Assembly: GCA_028821115.1 (NCBI GenBank) | Contig: JAPPHF010000144.1 | Coordinates: forward strand, 105 to 64,104 | DNA length: 64,000 nucleotides | Direction: 5' to 3' | Source of the DNA: Deltaproteobacteria bacterium | Lineage (GTDB): Bacteria > Desulfobacterota > Binatia > UBA9968 > JAJDTQ01 | Part shown: one piece after another, positions 44,646-55,325 of the stretch | Numbering within the stretch: position 1 is the stretch's first letter | Layout: every line of letters starts with the position of its first letter | Notes under the pieces: generated by a model | What the model was told of the DNA's origin: nothing | Seen by the model: the letters and a program-made list of their open reading frames with translations, nothing else | Database searches by the model: none | Position numbers and translations under genes: made by a program

Positions 44646-45704
44646 ATGAGCCAAACCACCGACGACCTGAGAATCGAAACCTTGCGCCCGCTGTTGCCGC
44701 CGATGATCCTGGTGAACGAGGAATTGCCGATTACCGAGCAGGCTACCGCCACAGTCACCAAGGCACGCCAGGAGATCGAGGCGATCCTTGAAGGCCGTGA
44801 CCGGCGGCTACTGGTGATCTCCGGCCCGTGCTCCATCCATGATTCGGACGCGGCTCTCGACTACGCGGGCCGCTTGAAAGAGCAAGCCGACCGCCTGGCC
44901 GAGGACCTGCTGATCATCATGCGCGTCTACTTCGAGAAACCGCGCACGACCGTCGGCTGGAAGGGCCTGATCAACGACCCGGACCTCGACGGCGGGTTCA
45001 ACATCAACAAGGGACTGCGGCTCGCCCGGGGCCTGCTGCTGGATTTGGCCAACATGGGCCTGCCCGCGGGGTCCGAGTTCCTGGACACCATCACTCCGCA
45101 GTTCACTGCCGACCTGGTCTCATGGGGCGCCATCGGCGCGCGCACGGCCGAGAGCCAGGTGCACCGGGAGCTGGCCTCCGGACTGTCCATGCCCGTCGGT
45201 TTCAAGAACGGCACCGGCGGCTCGATCCAAATCGCCATCGACGGTGTGCGCGCCGCGCGGCACCCGCACCATTTCCTCGGCGTCACCCATCAGGGTATCG
45301 CCGCGGTAATCTCAACCTCGGGAAACGAGAGTTGCCACGTCATCCTGAGAGGTTCCAACGGCGGCTGCAACTTCGAGCGCGCCGTAGTAGGCGAAACCGC
45401 GCGGACGCTCCGCGACGCCAACCTTCCGCATCGCGTGCTCGTCGACTGCAGCCACGGCAACAGCCAGAAAGACTACACGCGCCAACGCGAAGTCTGCGTC
45501 GACGTCTGCGAGCAGGTAGCCTCCGGTTCCGACAACATCTGCGGCGTCATGATGGAAAGCCACCTGGTGGCGGGGCGCCAGGACATCAAGCCCGACACGC
45601 CACTCACCTACGGCCAGAGCGTCACCGACGCCTGCATCGACTGGGAAACCACCGTTCCCATGCTTGAACAACTGGCCCGGGCCGCGGCCAAGCGGCGCTC
45701 CTGA
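44646..45704 (+). CDS. aroG: 3-deoxy-7-phosphoheptulonate (DAHP) synthase, class I alpha
   Basis: Close colinear resemblance to enterobacterial AroG (DDLRI..LLPP, KPRTTVGWKGLINDP, DxxHxxS region). Confidence 0.9.
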   Translation: MSQTTDDLRIETLRPLLPPMILVNEELPITEQATATVTKARQEIEAILEGRDRRLLVISGPCSIHDSDAALDYAGRLKEQADRLAEDLLIIMRVYFEKPRTTVGWKGLINDPDLDGGFNINKGLRLARGLLLDLANMGLPAGSEFLDTITPQFTADLVSWGAIGARTAESQVHRELASGLSMPVGFKNGTGGSIQIAIDGVRAARHPHHFLGVTHQGIAAVISTSGNESCHVILRGSNGGCNFERAVVGETARTLRDANLPHRVLVDCSHGNSQKDYTRQREVCVDVCEQVASGSDNICGVMMESHLVAGRQDIKPDTPLTYGQSVTDACIDWETTVPMLEQLARAAAKRRS

Positions 45705-45708
45705 GATC

Positions 45709-47898
45709 TCAGGGGCTCTCCACGATCTCGAGGGCAGCGTCATCGAGGCCCAGCGATTCGAGCACCGGACCAAAGTACCCCGCAAAGCTGCTCGTCACGG
45801 AGCCGTCGACGATCAGACGCTGGTCGTCGCCGCAATGGATAACAAGGGCATCCGCCAAGGGACGTGACAATCGGCTTAAACGAATCTCGTCTTTCAGGTA
45901 GGTACTCGACTCGCCGTCGTCGAGTGAGAGTTCCTCCTTCGGAACATCCCCGACAACAACCCGGTCAGCAAACAGGAGCACCCAGCGCGCCCGCGCGTTG
46001 CCGGACGACGCCTCGAACACCGCGACGGCCTCGTTCCGACCGTCGGCAGTGACGACGCGGTCTGCCGGCGCAGGGAATTCCTGGGTGCCGATCTGCCGCA
46101 GGATAGCCGGCGCCGACCCTGACGGGACGGTCGACAGCCTCCCGTGCTTCAGGCGATCCCGCAACCGCGACTCCACCGCCTTCAGATATCGCGACCAGAG
46201 CGCAGTGACCTGCTTACGCTCCGTGAGCAACACCGAAGCATTGAACAGCACCATATGGTCGTGTTCGACCGGCCAGTCCTCCGCCGCCGTTGTCGCCAGC
46301 AGATCGACGAAGGACGCCATCAATGGTTCGGCGAGCGGGTCTCCGATCAGATCCCGCGGGGGCTCGATCAAGTATTGCTCACTTTCCGCAACGCGGTCCG
46401 ATTCAGGGCCACTATCGTCGAAGGCGATCGGCATCGCCTTCTCCAGCAGCACGCGGTTCACGTCGACATCGCCGATACGCTTGCGCGCGGCCACGGCGAA
46501 CGCACTGCCTTCGATCACCTGCCGTGCTTCCTCGATGTCGAGCCGGCACCAGTCGCGGGCAAGCATCGCGAGTTGAATGAATCCCTCCTGGATGCGCATC
46601 TCCTCGCGGCGGCCGGCGCCGATCAGATCGACCTGCAGACCGATCGACAGCGCCTTTTCCATTTCCTCAATCGCCTGGCTGGCCTTCGTCTCATTCAATC
46701 CACGCATTTCCCGCAGGATCTCGCCGAGACATCCGGCAATCGCCTGGCGCTGCGCGGGGCGCAAGGACGCGAAGTCGATGGACGGCGTCAGCGTGGAGTC
46801 CGGTTCACCGTCGGCGGCGAGCGCGCGCAGCAGCGCCAACTTGGCGAACTCGTCCGGAATCTGCGCGCGCAGAATGCGGTCCGACAGGAGCTTGCGGTTG
46901 TGGTCGATGCCCGGAACCAGATTGTGAATGCGAAGCGCCTCGACGAGCCCCAGCCAGTCGGCGCTCCGATACGTGCGGCGCGGATCGTATGCGCCCGCCA
47001 CCTGCAGGTAGACCAGCGCGACGGAACCTTCCAGGAGTTCCTTTAGCCAGGCCTCGGCGTAAGTCTTGACGACGTGCTTGCCGACCCGCGACAATGCCTC
47101 CCCGGCGAGAACCGACGCCGCCAGCGTAATCGGGTTCGCACCGAGGGCAATGCGAGCGGCCAGCGTCGCGCCGCGCACATAATGCTGCCAGGGAGTGTAC
47201 ATCCGGTAGAGGTTACGCGCCTTCTGCACCTGTTCGAGCCGCGTCACGACTTCTCTTACGGTCCACCCCGTGACGTTGAGGACCGGCACCTGCTGCGCCA
47301 CCTGGAGGAGGTCGCCGATGGCGGACCGTCCGGCCAACGCGATATCACCGATGCGCGCATCGAGTTCCGCCTTCTCGGCATCCTGCCCGTATAGCCGAGC
47401 GACTTCCTTCACAACGTCGCGGAATTCCTCGAAAATGATGCGGCCATCGATGCCCTTGATCTCTCCGTCCTCTTGCTTCACGTAGCGACGGTCGCGGATA
47501 CCATCCCAGACGCGGTCACAGCGAGCCTGGATCATTCTCCCGAGTTGAGCGTCCAGCTCCGGCGCCGGCCCGTCCGGTTCGGAGCCCTGCGACCGCTGGA
47601 GCGCACTCCAAATCTGTTCCACCGGCGACACGCCCTCAGCGAGCCAGCGTTTCTCAACCTCCCTCCGATCGCGCTCACGCAGTCCGTCGATGTGCTGCTC
47701 AATCTCCGTGACAAGCCCTTTGTCAACGGCAGCGGAGCGTGTGAGGCCCACCGAGAAACCCAGCGCACCGGCGCCGAGCAAGGTGACGGCGATCCCCAAC
47801 TCCACCGAGAGCAGGAAGAGGAGAGCGACCCCGGCGACCGTGACGCCGCATCCAGCGACCAACCAGCCGACGGACGCGCTCATTCGGATCAGTCGCAC
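45709..47898 (-). CDS. Hypothetical membrane-anchored protein (two N-terminal TM helices plus about 650 aa of helical cytoplasmic domain)
   Basis: Long clean ORF with normal codon usage. No motif recognised. Confidence 0.55.
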   Translation of the reverse strand: MRLIRMSASVGWLVAGCGVTVAGVALLFLLSVELGIAVTLLGAGALGFSVGLTRSAAVDKGLVTEIEQHIDGLRERDRREVEKRWLAEGVSPVEQIWSALQRSQGSEPDGPAPELDAQLGRMIQARCDRVWDGIRDRRYVKQEDGEIKGIDGRIIFEEFRDVVKEVARLYGQDAEKAELDARIGDIALAGRSAIGDLLQVAQQVPVLNVTGWTVREVVTRLEQVQKARNLYRMYTPWQHYVRGATLAARIALGANPITLAASVLAGEALSRVGKHVVKTYAEAWLKELLEGSVALVYLQVAGAYDPRRTYRSADWLGLVEALRIHNLVPGIDHNRKLLSDRILRAQIPDEFAKLALLRALAADGEPDSTLTPSIDFASLRPAQRQAIAGCLGEILREMRGLNETKASQAIEEMEKALSIGLQVDLIGAGRREEMRIQEGFIQLAMLARDWCRLDIEEARQVIEGSAFAVAARKRIGDVDVNRVLLEKAMPIAFDDSGPESDRVAESEQYLIEPPRDLIGDPLAEPLMASFVDLLATTAAEDWPVEHDHMVLFNASVLLTERKQVTALWSRYLKAVESRLRDRLKHGRLSTVPSGSAPAILRQIGTQEFPAPADRVVTADGRNEAVAVFEASSGNARARWVLLFADRVVVGDVPKEELSLDDGESSTYLKDEIRLSRLSRPLADALVIHCGDDQRLIVDGSVTSSFAGYFGPVLESLGLDDAALEIVESP

Positions 47899-47964
47899 GT
47901 CACCATCCTTACGAGTCTGTCCGAGTGCTTCCAGGGGGAGCGATTCCCAGGGGCAGCGGAAGGG

Positions 47965-48093
47965 GTCCTTCGACTTCGCGACGCTGCGCTACGCCTGTCC
48001 TGAGCTTGTCGAAGGGCTCAGGACGAACGGAGAAAGCAATCACAACCGTTCGTCCTGAGCGTAGCGACGCGAAACGTCGCGCAGTCGAAGGAC
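47965..48093. repeat. Nested-palindromic intergenic repeat (MITE/REP-like), copy D
   Basis: GTCCTTCGACTTCGCG...CTGTCCTGAGCTTGTCGAAGGGCTCAGGACGAACGG...CCGTTCGTCCTGAGCGTAGCGACGCGAAACGTCGCGCAGTCGAAGGAC. It has the same architecture as copy A with a compensatory-looking arm variant. Confidence 0.8.
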
Positions 48094-48116
48094 AGTTCGA
48101 TTGCTCGGACAAGCTC

Positions 48117-49211
48117 CTATAGCTCCACGGCCCGCCCTTGCTCCGACGACGCTGCAATAGCGTCGACGAGCCGGTGCAGGTCCACGGCGGTGTTGAAGTC
48201 GGGTTCGCAGCGCGTGCCGTTGCGGATGGCGTCGGCGAACCTCACGTACATTTCGCCGACGTTCCTCGGCTCCATCTCCGGCGTCTCCGCCGGCGCCTTT
48301 ACATACTCGGACGGCACCGGCAAGTCCTGAAAACCTGTATCTCCGGTCTTGGCTCCGCGCAGGCGGACCACTTCGATCTGCGGCGTGTTGGCGGATGTGG
48401 CCGCCAGAGTACCCTCACGGCCGTAGATCTCCATGCCATATCCGTACGCCTTCAAGGGTACGGCGGCGACATAGACCGAGGCCACGGCGCCGTTGGCCAG
48501 CCGGCCGCTCACCAGCACGTTGTCCGGGGCGGTGACGTCCACGTAACGTTGCGTGTCGGTCTCGAGCCACTGGCGCGCCTGGGTGCTCACCACCGCCGAA
48601 ACGGAGGCAAAATCCCCCACGATGAAACGGAGTGCATCGATAGTATGGGCGCACGGGATCGTCAGGGTGGTGGCGCCCAGGGAATTGTCCCTCTGCCAGG
48701 TCCTGTCCGAGGGCCGTTGCAGCACGCCGCCACGGGCCGCGCTCACGTGGCAGGCCATGACCTCGCCCACGTAACCGTCCGCCACCAGGTCCCTGGCGTA
48801 GACGACGGCCGGGTTGCCCCTGGCCTGGAGACCGACCATGTGCGTGAGCCCACGGACCTCGGCCAGGTCACGCATCTCCACGGCCTCCGCCGTGGTATTC
48901 CCCAGTGGCCACTCGGTGAACACGTGTTTGCCCGCGTTGAGCGCATCCATGGTGACCTGGTAGTGGGCCGGCACCCGCAGCAACACCGCCACCGCTTCGA
49001 TGTCGGGACAGGCCAGCATCTCGCGGTAGTCGTCGAACGCCATCTTCGCGCCGTACTTCGCGGCCGACGCCTCGGCGCTCTCCTTGCGGGTGGTGCAAAC
49101 CGCCGTCAACTCAACGTGGCGGCTCGGCACGATGGCGGGCAAGTGGCCCCTGGGGCCCCACCCGCGGGTAGGATTGGCGCCGATAACACCAAGTTTAACC
49201 TTTTCTGCCAT
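48117..49211 (-). CDS. Gfo/Idh/MocA family oxidoreductase
   Basis: N-terminal Rossmann fold (KLGVIGANPTRGWG...) and a 364-aa family-typical sequence. Confidence 0.85.
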   Translation of the reverse strand: MAEKVKLGVIGANPTRGWGPRGHLPAIVPSRHVELTAVCTTRKESAEASAAKYGAKMAFDDYREMLACPDIEAVAVLLRVPAHYQVTMDALNAGKHVFTEWPLGNTTAEAVEMRDLAEVRGLTHMVGLQARGNPAVVYARDLVADGYVGEVMACHVSAARGGVLQRPSDRTWQRDNSLGATTLTIPCAHTIDALRFIVGDFASVSAVVSTQARQWLETDTQRYVDVTAPDNVLVSGRLANGAVASVYVAAVPLKAYGYGMEIYGREGTLAATSANTPQIEVVRLRGAKTGDTGFQDLPVPSEYVKAPAETPEMEPRNVGEMYVRFADAIRNGTRCEPDFNTAVDLHRLVDAIAASSEQGRAVEL

Positions 49212-49272
49212 GTTCCTTCTTTCTGGCTAAGTCGTCAGGTTACATAGAGAAACTACAGTCCAAGATCCGACC

Positions 49273-51321
49273 CTATTCCTCCAGCAGCGGCTTGAGCCCC
49301 TCCCAGTCCGTCACCGGCGGCGCGCAGGTAAAGTTCCGGCAGACGTAGACCGTGGGCTTGTCGCCGACCTGCGATTTCCCCTCCAGCAGCGGGGAGATTT
49401 CCTCCAGCTTCGCGTCCGGACTGACCCACTGGAGCGTCTTGTTGGGCAGGTAGCTGTCCTGCACCTGCTGCACGATGCCGCGCGCATCCGGGTCATCCGT
49501 TGCCGCCACCATGACGATCTCCGCGGGCTTCGACAGGTGGAAGTCCAGCGCCCCGAGCATGGTGGCCAGACCGAACGGCTCTCTGGCCATGTTGTCGTAG
49601 TGGAGGCGCAGCACCTTCTCCGCGCGCTCCAGCAGGTCCTGCTCCCCGGTGTAGTGGTGGAGCCGCACGAGCACCAGCGCCGCCACCGAGTTGCCCGACG
49701 GGATGGAGTGGTCGAACCCGGGCTTGGTGCGGCTGATGAGCTGCTCGTGGGACTTGCCGGTGTAGAAGAACCCGCCGTTCGTCTCGTCCCAGAACTCCTC
49801 CACCATGGTCCGCGCCAGGGCCTTGGCCCGCTCCAGCAGCTCGGTTTCGTGGGTCGCCTCGAACAAGTCCAGCAGGCCGGCGATCAGGAAGGCGTAGTCG
49901 TCCAGATAACCAAGCAGCTTGGCCTGCCCGTCCTTGTAGGTGTGCAGCAGCAGTCCCTTGTCGAACATCCGCGTGAAGATGAAATCCACGGTGCGGGCGC
50001 CGGCGTCGCGGATGCGCGCGTCGCCGGTGATGGCGTAGGCCGCGGCCACGCCCGACAGCATCAGGCCGTTCCACGAGACGATGACCTTCTCGTCGCGAAA
50101 CGGCTTGATCCGCTTCTCGCGCTCCTCGAACAGGCGCGCCCGGGCGCCGGCCAGCACGCTCTCGATCTCTTCCTCGTCCTTCTTGAAATACTTGGCCGCC
50201 TGCTCGACCGTCAGGATGGGGTGCAGGATGTTCTTGCCCTCGAAGTTGCCGAGGTCCGAGACATCGTAGAAACGGCAGAATATCTCGCCGTGCTCCTTGC
50301 CGAGGAGTTCCAGGACTTCCCCGCGGGTCCACACGAAGAACTTGCCTTCCTCCCCCTCGCTATCCGCGTCCTGGGCGGAGTAGAAGCCGCCTTCGGCTTG
50401 GCACATCTCGCGCAGCACGTACTCCAGGGTTTCCTCGACGATGCGCTTGAAGAATCCGTCCTTGGTGATCCGGTACGCCTCGGCGTAGACCTGCGCGAGT
50501 TGGCCGTTGTCGTAGAGCATCTTCTCGAAGTGGGGCACGAGCCACTTGTCGTCCACGGAGTAGCGGTGGAAGCCGCCGCCGAGCTGGTCGTACATGCCGC
50601 CCTCGGCCATCTTCCGAAGCGTCTCGGTGATCATCTCCAGGTAGCGCCGGTTCCCCGACAGCCGGTAGGCGCGCAGGAACATGTTGAACACCCCGGCGTT
50701 GGGAAACTTGGGCGCCCGGCCGAAGCCGCCGTGGGTTGCGTCGTAGGCCGGCGTCAGACCCTCCGCCCCGCGGGTGACGAGCTCCACGCTCATCTCGCCG
50801 CCGGTCAGGTTCAGCACGCTCATGCGGTCCAGCGCGGCCACGATCTGGTCGACATTCCTGGCGACGTCCTGCGGCTTGTTGCGGTAGGCCTCCACCACCG
50901 CCTTGAGCACCCGCGGAAAGCCCGGCATGCCGTGCCGGTCTTCGGGCGGGTAATAGGTGCCGCCGAAGAACGGCTTCCCCTCCGGGGTCAGGAACACGGT
51001 CATGGGCCAGCCGCCCCGCTTGGTGAGCAACTGGACGGCGTTCATGTAGATCTCGTCCAGGTCCGGCCGCTCTTCCCGGTCCACCTTGATGCTGACGAAG
51101 TTCTCGTTCATCAGCGCGGCGATGGCCTCGTCCTCGAAGGACTCGTGCTCCATCACGTGGCACCAGTGACAGGCAGAGTAGCCGATGCTCAGCAGGACCG
51201 GCTTGTCTTCCGCCCGGGCCTTGGCGAAGGCCTCCTCTCCCCAGGGGTACCAGTCCACGGGGTTGCCGGCGTGCTGCAGCAGGTACGGACTCGTCTCGTT
51301 GGCCAAGCGGTTCATTGACAT
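49273..51321 (-). CDS. Thioredoxin-domain protein of the YyaL/DUF255 family (N-acylglucosamine 2-epimerase-like C-terminus)
   Basis: [22 protein letters not shown]...[18 protein letters not shown] is the hallmark YyaL N-terminus. Confidence 0.88.
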   Translation of the reverse strand: MSMNRLANETSPYLLQHAGNPVDWYPWGEEAFAKARAEDKPVLLSIGYSACHWCHVMEHESFEDEAIAALMNENFVSIKVDREERPDLDEIYMNAVQLLTKRGGWPMTVFLTPEGKPFFGGTYYPPEDRHGMPGFPRVLKAVVEAYRNKPQDVARNVDQIVAALDRMSVLNLTGGEMSVELVTRGAEGLTPAYDATHGGFGRAPKFPNAGVFNMFLRAYRLSGNRRYLEMITETLRKMAEGGMYDQLGGGFHRYSVDDKWLVPHFEKMLYDNGQLAQVYAEAYRITKDGFFKRIVEETLEYVLREMCQAEGGFYSAQDADSEGEEGKFFVWTRGEVLELLGKEHGEIFCRFYDVSDLGNFEGKNILHPILTVEQAAKYFKKDEEEIESVLAGARARLFEEREKRIKPFRDEKVIVSWNGLMLSGVAAAYAITGDARIRDAGARTVDFIFTRMFDKGLLLHTYKDGQAKLLGYLDDYAFLIAGLLDLFEATHETELLERAKALARTMVEEFWDETNGGFFYTGKSHEQLISRTKPGFDHSIPSGNSVAALVLVRLHHYTGEQDLLERAEKVLRLHYDNMAREPFGLATMLGALDFHLSKPAEIVMVAATDDPDARGIVQQVQDSYLPNKTLQWVSPDAKLEEISPLLEGKSQVGDKPTVYVCRNFTCAPPVTDWEGLKPLLEE

Positions 51322-51343
51322 TTTCTCCTATCCACCACGAACA

Positions 51344-51703
51344 CTAGTACTTCCGCACCACCGCGACCACCACGCCGCGGATCTCCACTTCTTCTTCCGC
51401 GGCTACGATGGGGGCGAGTCCCTCGCCGGCGGACCGCAGCACGACTTTCCCGTCCCGGCGGTGGTACTGCCTGACCGAGGGCTCGCCCCGGACCAAGGCC
51501 ACCACGGTGTCGCCGTCTCGCGCCGCGGGCGCCGACCGCGCCAGGATGAGATCGCCGTCGCGGAGCTGCTCCGCGGCCATGGAGTCGCCGCGAACCCGCA
51601 GGGCGAACGTGCCGGGGCTTCGCAGCAGCTCCCTGGGCGCGCCGGAGGCAGCGTCCGGCTCTACGGGTTCGAGGACCCGACCTTGACGCCCGGTGACGGT
51701 CAT
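51344..51703 (-). CDS. Standalone S24 (LexA/UmuD-like) peptidase domain protein with no HTH
   Basis: VRGDSM (Ser nucleophile) ... GDLILAR ... DGDTVVALV ... EPSVRQYHRRDGKVVLRS ... EIRGVVVAVVRKY align to the LexA C-terminal domain. At the position of the LexA catalytic Lys (TVKRL), the alignment places Arg (SVRQY). Confidence 0.65.
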   Translation of the reverse strand: MTVTGRQGRVLEPVEPDAASGAPRELLRSPGTFALRVRGDSMAAEQLRDGDLILARSAPAARDGDTVVALVRGEPSVRQYHRRDGKVVLRSAGEGLAPIVAAEEEVEIRGVVVAVVRKY

Positions 51704-51730
51704 CGGATCATCCCGGCGCCTTCCAGCCTA

Positions 51731-52033
51731 TCAGCCTTCGGAACCCATGGCACCCTTGGCGGCGTCGACCATGCCCTGGGCCTTGAGGGCATTGGCGTCG
51801 TCGGCGCCGTAGAACTTCCCGAGGTAGGCCGCCACCTTCCGCAGCACCTCGTGATGCGCCGAGGCGCACGCGGCGCGCGCCTCGGGTGCCAACTCGTTGA
51901 ACTCCCGCTCGATGTTGCCCAGCCACCCCGGCAGGTACTCCGTCTCGATGTCCTCGCCGGTGTAGAGGTAGCCTTCCAGCGAACCCACCCTGGCCGCCAG
52001 GCCGTAGACCCGTTCGATGTCGGATGCATCCAT
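51731..52033 (-). CDS. Hypothetical 100-aa protein, co-oriented directly upstream of the S24 peptidase
   Basis: ORF with good codon usage, 27 nt upstream of the peptidase gene. No recognisable motif. Confidence 0.45.
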   Translation of the reverse strand: MDASDIERVYGLAARVGSLEGYLYTGEDIETEYLPGWLGNIEREFNELAPEARAACASAHHEVLRKVAAYLGKFYGADDANALKAQGMVDAAKGAMGSEG

Positions 52034-52090
52034 GATCGCGTCCTCCCTTTTGTCGTGAACCGAGCGACGGGGCAGGGGACTCCGGCTACT

Positions 52091-53119
52091 CTACGGCGCT
52101 TCCGTAAACCCCGCGCGACGGTTCTTCTGGTACTTCCTCACCGCCGAATTGTGCTCCCGGAGGCTCTCGGAGAAGTAGTGGCTGCCGTCGTTCCTGGACA
52201 CGAAGTACAGGTAGCCGACGTCCGCCGGGAACAGGGCCGCCTTCATCGCGGCCAGTCCGGGATTGGCGATGGGCCCCGGGGGCAGGCCGTTGATCCTGTA
52301 GGTATTGTAGGGGCCGGGCGTTCGGAGGTCCTCGCGCGTCAGGTCGCCGTTGAAGTCCTCCAGACCGTAGATGACCGTCGGATCGCTCTGAAGCCGCATG
52401 CCTCGCTTCAGGCGGTTGTGGAACACGGCGGAGACCATCGGCATCTCGTCCACGGGGCCGCCTTCCTTCTCGATGATCGACGCCAGGGTCACCAGTTGGT
52501 GCCGGCTCAAGCCGAGCTGCCTCGCGCGCGCCTCCATTTCGGCAGTGAAGGTATCCTTGAACTCCGTGAACATGGTCTTGACGATCTCCTCTTCCGTGGC
52601 CAGCGCACGGAAGAGATAGGTGGAAGGGAACAAGTAGCCTTCCATGCTGCCGGTCCCGAGGGAAGCAAGGACCGCCGGCTCGCTCACAGCCGAGGCAAAC
52701 CTCTCCGGCGCGACCAGTCCCTTTCCTTCCAGCAGCCGGCCGATCTGCCGGACCGTGAAGCCCTCGGGAATCGTGACCTTGTGGACCACGGTCCTGCCAC
52801 GGACGAGACCGTCGAGCACCGACCGGGGCGACACCGCCCCCTCGAAGCGGTAGAGGCCGCGATGGACCTTGGTGTCGAACCCGTGAAGCCAAGCCCACAG
52901 CACGAACAGGCGGGGGTGGGAGATGACGCCCTTGTCGGCAAGCTCGCGGGCCACGGCCGAAAACGTGTCGCCGCGCCGGATCTCGATCTCCACAACCGAT
53001 GAACGGCCGTGAAAGGGGGTCAGGAGAAACGCGGCAACGTAACCGAGGATGAAGAGGGCGGCGAGCAGACCACCGGCAACCAGGAGGCCTCTGCGACGGA
53101 TAGGCGGGGACTCCGGCAC
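52091..53119 (-). CDS. mltG: Endolytic murein transglycosylase MltG (YceG)
   Basis: N-terminal TM and YceG-family motifs (GLPPGPI...). Confidence 0.88.
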   Translation of the reverse strand: MPESPPIRRRGLLVAGGLLAALFILGYVAAFLLTPFHGRSSVVEIEIRRGDTFSAVARELADKGVISHPRLFVLWAWLHGFDTKVHRGLYRFEGAVSPRSVLDGLVRGRTVVHKVTIPEGFTVRQIGRLLEGKGLVAPERFASAVSEPAVLASLGTGSMEGYLFPSTYLFRALATEEEIVKTMFTEFKDTFTAEMEARARQLGLSRHQLVTLASIIEKEGGPVDEMPMVSAVFHNRLKRGMRLQSDPTVIYGLEDFNGDLTREDLRTPGPYNTYRINGLPPGPIANPGLAAMKAALFPADVGYLYFVSRNDGSHYFSESLREHNSAVRKYQKNRRAGFTEAP

Positions 53120-53121
53120 TG

Positions 53122-53724
53122 TCAGTTATCGGTTACGTTCACCTTCATCCATCCTTCGATCTGCTTCAGGAAACCGGCGAATGGATCGTCCTTTTTCGGC
53201 GCAGCCGCAAAGTAGGCCTTGTGCATGTAGTCGAGCGCCCCGGAGAGGTACTCGAACTTTTCCGAAAGCTCCTGGAAGAGCAGGAACCCGGTCCGGTAGA
53301 GCGACAGGTCCACTTCGGAAACCTTCCGGTAAGAACGGCGGCCCTCCTGCAGGTAGTAGTCGAGGTAGCCGCCGCGCTCCACGTAGGAACGGAAGACCCC
53401 GCTCATGAAGAGCGTATAGTCCCCCAGGTACTTCCGCATCCGCCGTTCCTGCATGAGCGGGTTCTCGCGGGAGACCGTCGCGTCATCCTCCACCAACATC
53501 TCCACCACGCTGTCCAGCCTCTGGTTCCTGCGGGAACGCATGCGATACAGCCGGTCGCTGCGGGCGAACTCCGTCAGCACATCCGCCACGTAGCCGGTCA
53601 CCTCCGCATCGCGGATCCCCAACTCGCCGAAGCTTCGCTGCGTCATATTCAGGAAAAATCCCTGCAACCGGTCTTTCGAAAGGGTCTTTGTCATGGCGTC
53701 TCCCGTGGCAGGGTATGCCATCAA
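53122..53724 (-). CDS. Hypothetical protein, first gene of the mltG operon
   Basis: 200-aa ORF with no recognised domain. Its stop is within 5 nt of the mltG start. Confidence 0.5.
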   Translation of the reverse strand: MMAYPATGDAMTKTLSKDRLQGFFLNMTQRSFGELGIRDAEVTGYVADVLTEFARSDRLYRMRSRRNQRLDSVVEMLVEDDATVSRENPLMQERRMRKYLGDYTLFMSGVFRSYVERGGYLDYYLQEGRRSYRKVSEVDLSLYRTGFLLFQELSEKFEYLSGALDYMHKAYFAAAPKKDDPFAGFLKQIEGWMKVNVTDN

Positions 53725-53901
53725 GAAACCGCGGGGATGTCAACTGAATTCGCGGGATGGTTGCCTGCGGTCGCGGCGGTAGCGGCCGCTTCGCGAGAGC
53801 GTCGCCGCGACCAATCCGCTCGCGGACGCCATTGCGCCCAGCCCCGACGCCACGTAGGGTAGAGGCACGCTCCCCGAGGTATCTTTTCGAAGGGCGCTTC
53901 C

Positions 53902-54708
53902 GTGGAGATCTACAAGGCACTCACGATCGCGGGCTCGGACTCCGGGGCCGGGGCCGGACTTCAGGCGGACCTCAAGACCTTCGCGGCGCTGGGGGTCTAC
54001 GGCACGTCCGTGGTGACCGCCATCACCGCCCAGAACACCACCGGGGTCACGCGGGTCCTCGAGACGCCGGCGCCGGTGGTGGCCGCGCAGATCGACGCCG
54101 TCATGGACGACATCGGCGCCGACGCGGTCAAGACCGGCATGCTCGCCAACGCCCGCATCATCCGCACCGTCGCCGACAAGATCCGCCAGCACGGTATCCA
54201 GCGCCTGGTGGTGGACCCGGTGATGGTGGCCAAGGGCGGCCACGTGCTGCTGCGCCCGGACGCCATACGGACACTGCAGAACCGCCTGTTTCCGCTGGCC
54301 GCCGTGGTGACGCCGAACCTGCCCGAGGCGCAGGCGCTGACGGGGGTGGAAGGGACCGGCGTACGCGCAATCAAGGAAATGGCGCGACGCATGGTGGACA
54401 TGGGGGCGAGAAGCGTCGTGGTAAAGGGGGGTCATCGGAAGGGCACCGCCACCGACATCCTCTATGACGGCGCTGCCTTCCACGAATACCCGAGCCCACG
54501 GATACGGACCCGCAACACCCACGGCACCGGTTGCACATATTCGGCAGCCCTGGCCTGCGGCCTGGCCCGGAACGAAACGCTGGAAACCGCGGTCGCCGAG
54601 GCCAAGGAGTTCATTACCCGGGCCATCCGCCAGTCGTACTCCATCGGAGCGGGACACAGCCCGGTGAATCATTTCCACGGATACGGGGGCGCGAACGGTC
54701 TCGAATGA
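53902..54708 (+). CDS. thiD: Hydroxymethylpyrimidine / phosphomethylpyrimidine kinase
   Basis: ALTIAGSDSGAGAGLQADLKT and the ThiD ribokinase-fold sequence throughout. Confidence 0.92.
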   Translation: MEIYKALTIAGSDSGAGAGLQADLKTFAALGVYGTSVVTAITAQNTTGVTRVLETPAPVVAAQIDAVMDDIGADAVKTGMLANARIIRTVADKIRQHGIQRLVVDPVMVAKGGHVLLRPDAIRTLQNRLFPLAAVVTPNLPEAQALTGVEGTGVRAIKEMARRMVDMGARSVVVKGGHRKGTATDILYDGAAFHEYPSPRIRTRNTHGTGCTYSAALACGLARNETLETAVAEAKEFITRAIRQSYSIGAGHSPVNHFHGYGGANGLE

Positions 54709-54741
54709 TCGTCACGCTCATGCGCGAGTCGAACCCGCGAA

Positions 54742-55272
54742 TCAGCCCGGAGCAGACCGGGACCGGCCATCTCCGATCCAACCGACACTTAGAGTAGCCA
54801 CTCCGGTGAGCACCAGCGTGATCCCCGAGAACACCGTACGAACGACGTTCCAGCGCTGCCACGGTTCAGAATAGGACTGCCATACCGCTTTCGCGCGCGC
54901 CGAATCCAACGGGGTCTCCACCAGTGCCAGCGTCTCATTGAGCGCGACGTTGACGGTGACAGTCGGAACCATGGCGCCCAGAACGTAGAGCACAACACCC
55001 GCGCCAAAAAAGAGAGCGGCCTGTCCTTCCCCACATTTCCACGCTACCAACGCCGCAGCCATCAGGACCAACGGTGTACCCCAGAATGCGGGGGCGAAGA
55101 CAAGGTTGCGCACGCTGGCGTTCATCGCCTGCATGGCGGCGATGGCGACGTTGGGATCCGCCGCATCCAGGCCCCACATCGTCGAACAGACCCAAGCATA
55201 AAAGAACCCGAAAATGGCTCCCGAAAACAACAGGGCCAGCACCGCCATGGGCGTCAGAAGGAATATCCGCAT
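54742..55272 (-). CDS. DUF1772 (anthrone-oxygenase-like) membrane protein
   Basis: 4-TM 176-aa protein with a DUF1772-like pattern (FFYAW...AAMQAMN...NVALNETL...W..YS..W..WN.VRT). Confidence 0.55.
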   Translation of the reverse strand: MRIFLLTPMAVLALLFSGAIFGFFYAWVCSTMWGLDAADPNVAIAAMQAMNASVRNLVFAPAFWGTPLVLMAAALVAWKCGEGQAALFFGAGVVLYVLGAMVPTVTVNVALNETLALVETPLDSARAKAVWQSYSEPWQRWNVVRTVFSGITLVLTGVATLSVGWIGDGRSRSAPG

Positions 55273-55325
55273 ATCCTCGGTCCCACGTGTGTCCAGTGAG
55301 CCCCCGTCGTAGCCGAATACACGCC

